Origin: Tubulanus polymorphus
Taxonomy: Eukaryota; Animalia; Nemertea
Assembly: GCF_964204645.1 (NCBI RefSeq)
Contig: NC_134029.1
Coordinates: forward strand, 23,740,950 to 23,804,949
Length of the DNA stretch: 64,000 nucleotides
Direction: 5' to 3'
Part shown: positions 58,379 through 64,000 of the stretch, piece after piece
Layout: each line of letters begins with the position of its first letter
Numbering within the stretch: position 1 is the first letter of the stretch
The notes under the pieces: generated by a model
What the model saw: only the letters and a program-made list of their open reading frames with translations
The model's database searches: none
What the model was told of the DNA's origin: nothing
Program-made: the position numbers and the translations under genes

Positions 58379-59262
58379 TTGATTCGTTAAATGGCTTAAA
58401 CTTGCATTATGTGCAACTGAAATGTAAATCGGCAAAAATTTTAGCTTTCTGTTATTGTTATGTAGAAGAGTTATTTCTCTGCCATCTTATTGTAAGACTG
58501 TGATATTTACCCTAATTCTAATAAATGAACACTTTTATATTTAATAGCGATGCAATATATCTCCTCATGTTTACCTATTTCCGTCCTGAATATGAACTTT
58601 GCTTTGTTTTTCATTCAAATAATAATAATATTTTTCTGATATAAAATGAATGTCTGTTGTTGTTGTTACTTTTTGTAGCTGCGTCGACTGATTGTCCAAT
58701 ATAATCAAAATATCCGAATAAACGAAATAACTCGACGTCACACATGAATGATGGTAAAAAGAATTCACTATTCAAAAATATAAGCATTTTATAAAATGTT
58801 TAGATTTTGACAACATACATCATGATTGGAATAAATTAATATATTATACTTATTGTACACCTTTAAGAGTTAAGTATGAAAACTATGCATAATTCTACTA
58901 CTGTGCATACAAGAGTTTATACGGTATCTTTTATATCTTGGATATGCAGTGAAAAATAAAATGCTGATCTCTACGGAATATTAATATTCAATAAACTACA
59001 TCAAAATATGATGATTTTGAGAAAATTCTTCTCACGATAATCTACAAATATATCATGTAACGTGTGGTGGTCTATTTTAACAACAAAATGGTAATTTGTA
59101 TTGCAGAAAAGTTCAATGAAAAAACATCTTAGAATTGAGTCGATGTTACACGCGATAGTTCAGACAAAATGAGACAATATGCTGCAGGAGGGAATGAAAT
59201 AAGAGACGAATCCTTCGTTTGATGTTTTAATGAATCACATACCGGTCCTGATAATGTCATCT

Positions 59263-62200
59263 CTATGGTAGAAAATATTTCGGTGTACTCATATGATAGT
59301 GATGAGTGTAAGGGTAATGATGTCCTTCTTTGTACTCGCCAAACCTGTCAAAAACAACCAGAAATATTTATCAGAATTTTTCAATTCATTTTCTAGAAAC
59401 TTAATGTTTTATTCTCTCTCTCACCTTGCGTTAAAGTGTAGTTTTGAATTGACCTTTGAAGGGTCAGTTGTAAGCTTCGAATTGTCTTTGTAATTTTTAC
59501 GATTTTCTGGAATGTGGAATTTAGCCATCTGAACTTCGGTATCGCTGAGGCCTCCATGAGATATACGCGCGTATCCCAACCTAATCATTCAAAAATAATC
59601 AAAATTGTTTAAACAAGACTAAGAATCAGAATTCCCTGATCTGTATGAACCCTGATATCTGATGCTTTTAATGAGTTTAATAACAAACCTGATTAAATCT
59701 TTATACATGATATATTCGCACCAGCGGTCTCGATCTGTAGAATCAATGTCTTTAACTCCGTTTGAAGTTAGTTTTTTATAATCGCGGCTGAATGGTGCAG
59801 ACGTCACGTAACCCAGGAAAACGGCAGGATTCTCGCTGAAATAGAAAACAACTTTCGAATATTTCCAACTGGCAATAGGAATTCCCTGGATGAATCTTCT
59901 GCAGGAGCAGGTGAATGGAGAAATTCTCTGAGCGAATTGAGAGATTCAAATTCCCTGATTATTCAGATTCCCTGTGTTCTCCAGTAACCACCCGATCTAA
60001 TGAAGTAGAATACACGATCCATTCTATTTAAATTATTGGAAACTTACGTATTTTTCAGTTCGTCGGACAGGAATTCTGCCTGTAGTTTTCTATCTAAAAC
60101 GTCGCGATCATTTCCCATGTGAGTGACGACAAAATCAACTAAATTTCCGGTGAAATTTACAGTCGCTGTAATAGCCGGTGCTAATTCGCCTGAAACATAT
60201 CAAAAGCTTCAATGATTTTCTTTCGAATAACAAAAATTTCTAAATAACATAACATGAATCATAAATGACACAACATAAATAACATCGATCGTTTATGGAT
60301 CTAGAGCTTACCATGTGGAGAAGGTAAGAGATGATGTTTAGATTTTACGATGGGATATTTCGACAAAATCAAATTCCTGAAAAGGAATAGACAATAATGT
60401 AATCTTATAAACGTGACATGTACTACTACGGTAAGCCTAAATGGAATAAGATGAAGAAGTTGACATTCATATTAACTAGTGTACAATAAAAAACAAAATC
60501 AAATTCCTGAATGGAAAAAAGATTCAATGTGATGAATATCGGTAGTGATTCGAAGATGACATGACTTGCCCACATGTATCACTTACCCCCATGTATGATC
60601 TTTCGTAGCTGGTCCGAAGTCGACGTACATGCCCAGTTTCTCACCGAGCCACATTCCTAGATCATTGTTACCGAGGAAAGGTTTCGAGGCATCGCTCTCT
60701 AACAGCGTAATGAAATCAGCGCCGGTAGCTTTCAATAACGAAGCAGACCGATCTAAACTCGGCCAGCCCTGGTTGTCGTAACCGAAATGATACGTCCAAA
60801 TAGCCGCGCTGAACTGACGAGGATTCTCCTAGAAAACAAACGTTAAATAATGAGCAATTTATGCATGAAACAGTAGACTCCGCGCTTGCCATGGATCTTG
60901 CAAATTCCTGACCAGTCGGAGCGGGGATGGGTCACTTACTATTACGATGATTATTTGAAGAAAATTTGGAATATATTGTCAGACGGGACAAGCGCAAAAT
61001 CTGAGGCTGCAGTTGAAACTCATATCGAAAAGCAAAACTTACCGAGGTGTGGTTTTTAACTTGCGCTTTATGTCTCATCCCAAATCCGGCAACTCCAATC
61101 AAAAACATCAAAAATATTCCTGAAACGTAAAAAGGACAAAGGATTTATAGAAGACAAAGTGTCGGAGAATTTACTTCACCTTTGAATTGATAATAAACGG
61201 TGGGCTTGTTTTTACCAGTTCTTGCTCCAGATACGACTTTCTTTACTTTCTCCGAACGATCTTCTTTAACTGTTATTTTTGCTGAAATCAATACAAATGC
61301 AAACAATCTTATGACAAGTTATGTATCAGTGCACAACGCACAAAACTGTGTGTATAGATTATCAGTGATGAAGATAATGAATAATCCTAAATCAATGATA
61401 TTTCAAACTTTTTTTATCTAGACTGGAACTTCAAAGAAACATTTTGCTCACGAACCATTTCCAAAGTTGTGAGTTAAGATTTGACTCGGAGTTAACTCAT
61501 TGAAAATGAACTAATTCTAACTCAGATGATATTTCAAAGTTGCTTTATCTAAACTGGAACTTAAGGGAAACATTGATCTCGGATCTCTATGTACGTTAGA
61601 TACTCACACGTGAACAGTCCGAGTGCTATTGATAACATGACTATCGCGATCAGATAATCAGTGTGTTCTCTGGTATAAACACCACCGGGTACGAAGTTAT
61701 ACGCGACGGTCCACACCCAGAAAAATATCTCTACTAAATAAACGGCGATTGATAACACAATGGTTCTAGTCGGAGGACAACCGCTCAAACGTTCAATCAT
61801 TTCGGGCCAAATCGACATCGTGTAAACTCCTAAGACAGCGCCACCTATTGATGAATTGAATAATTCAATATGAGCTGATATGAAATTCAAGTTAACAACC
61901 TAATTCTATTCAGGGTTCTTACCGATCAGGGAATTCAAAATTCGCATGTATTTCTTTCAGCCTTGGCCAAAAATTCCCTGATTTTCCCCGATCTATAAGA
62001 ACCCTATTTATTTTGTTGGTAATGATGAAACTAACCAGCGTATGCTTGCCAGCTCGGCAGATAGTAAAGAGCAGCGAAAGACAAGGCACCGAACAACCAC
62101 CAGACTTTACTCTGAGCGTAAGATCGTGGAATGAAGCAAACCCCGAAACAAATCGCGAATAATATTCCCAATCTGAAATCAAACATCACATAAACCTTCG

Positions 62201-63843
62201 ATAAAACAACACATCCGAGTCTGTTGTGATATTATAAAATCCCAGAAAGAGAAACAAGTGCGAAATGTTTTCAGCATTCATGAAGATGACTATTAACAAT
62301 GTCGTTGAAACATTGTATCAAATCAACAGCTCAAGAAGGAAACATTTCCGACCTCATTTTCTTACTAAATCTTATTGTCGGTTTTATATCAACGTTTTGC
62401 ATCATATAAAATCATCGTAGTTGGTGGAGATGATTTCTAGCAGAGATCATACATACCCGTACGGATAAGGCTGTGGACCGGGGTCAGGATACCCGGTAAC
62501 TAACCATCGGCTCACTAACGATACTTCACCAAACACCCAATGTGTCAGATACAACAAACTTCCAAACCCGAGACCGGTGAAAATCCAATAGGATTGTCTC
62601 TGTTTCACCGGACGGTCATCTTTCGGCGCATCATCACCTGAATCAATTCATCAAATGTTAAAAGTTTCGTTTTGATTTGGTTTAAAGTAATAGACATCAA
62701 ATAATAATCAGTTCTTTTTTTTTAATCACTGACCTGATATGATTTTATCCAATGTTGCTATGAGTGACAGTGTTAATACAACCGAATTGGAGTGATTATT
62801 CCACCAGGTTGGAATAAATGTTGTATACCAAATACGCCCAACAAGAACACCTATGAAACCTAGCATCAAACTCCACAATGAAGTAGTCCTAAAATAGAAA
62901 ACTGGTGGAATAACATCTACGGTTGTTTCAATAACTGGTGGTTTCACATTGTGTGTGACACTATTGTAGTGTTCTCCACGATAGGTTTAGAGGGGCGGCC
63001 AACCCTGTTCAAAAATCTGCTGCCTCTGCACATGAGTTGTTGTCAATGTTCTATCACAACTTACAATGAAAACAGTGAGTTAAAATTATGCTTAATAATC
63101 CCCTGACTTTTCTGAGTAATTACACAAAATTCCCCGAGTGAATCAGAGAAATTTCTAGGTTTAAAATGTTTCAATTCATTCATTTTTCATTGAATCACGT
63201 ACTGATATACATGATCATTACGATTATCTAAATTCCCCCAGTTTCGCAGGACTGGCCACTCTGAGCTCTCCCTCAGGTATTGAGAACACTACACTGAATG
63301 AGAGACATGAACAAACCTCTGAACGTTGGATCTACTCCAGAAAGTCGCCGTGAACACGAGCATCGCTGCACCATTTCCAACAGCTAAAACGACTAATCGA
63401 TTCAACGTGGTCGGCGCCTGGAACGACGCAACGCTCGCCGCTACAATCAATCGTAAAACACCTAAAAACCATCGATTCTGAATCAGTCGAAAAACGAATC
63501 CAAACGCGGTAATAATCGGCATGAACCAAAACGCAGCGTACGCCTCATAGCCGGATATTTCTAATTCATTCAGAGGATAGAACCAAATCATAGGCCCTAA
63601 ACCTTGAAATAAACTCCAAAATGTGAAACCTGCAAAAATAAGACAGCATTGCGTACATATGACGATTGAAAAGGAAGGCGTTGATAATAATTGCCCAGTT
63701 TCGACGATTTAGAATACATCACACTAGACAACATTATTAGTTTCAATTACCGGCACCAGGTGGCCGAGGAGCACTAAAATGACAGATATCAGCCACTTAC
63801 CCAGTATTGTTTCACGTAACAACAAACGCGAAGTCCCGATCAT
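59263..63843 (-). CDS. CWH43: PGAP2-interacting protein / CWH43 (GPI lipid remodelling; multi-TM region plus C-terminal EEP-fold domain), complete
   Basis: 14 exons: 63801-63843, 63317-63629, 62734-62888, 62457-62637, 62036-62172, 61608-61844, 61180-61281, 61043-61119, 60587-60828, 60312-60376, 60048-60189, 59689-59835, 59425-59580, 59263-59344. Motifs: [77 protein letters not shown]-terminal [10 protein letters not shown]. Confidence 0.95.
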
Positions 63844-64000
63844 TGTTACAACTATCTATTCAAAAAATGATCTACAGTCGAATTACTCCGGAAACGGTTT
63901 ATTTCGGCCAAATTCCAAAGCGCCTTCACTACAAAGTTGCTTGCGTGGTACGACGCCGGTGGCTCGACGACCTCTAGAAAACGCCACGTAGTCACCGAAA

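Overview
Eukaryotic (animal) nuclear DNA: AT-rich, with compact GT-AG introns. It looks like an invertebrate, plausibly a spiralian, but the taxon cannot be proven from the sequence. Seven protein-coding genes strictly alternate strand: FCHSD/nervous-wreck F-BAR gene (-, 5' end only), Sfmbt/MBTD1-like FCS-4xMBT-SAM gene (+), an orphan ORF with a Largen(PRR16)/INSYN1-like N-terminal helix (-), a ~26 kb region with no recognisable CDS, ceramide transfer protein CERT (+), an intronless mitochondrial EF-Tu of the divergent EF-Tu2 type with a long basic C-terminal tail (-), FAM221B-like (+) and CWH43/PGAP2IP (-). Exon structures were worked out by hand from splice sites and frame continuity. Introns and the gap hold several MITE families (Harbinger-like with CWG TSD, hAT-like with 5-bp TSD, Tc1/mariner-like, piggyBac-like), an L2 LINE tail, a tRNA-like relic, two minisatellites that arose from MITE ends, and microsatellites. 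There is no CRISPR array, rRNA or prokaryotic system. I cannot demonstrate a new multi-gene system here. The best leads are the EF-Tu2-like factor, the Largen/INSYN1-like gene with a possible spliced overlapping uORF, the decaying SAM domain, and the transposon-end-seeded tandem arrays. All homolog comparisons are from memory, not database searches.
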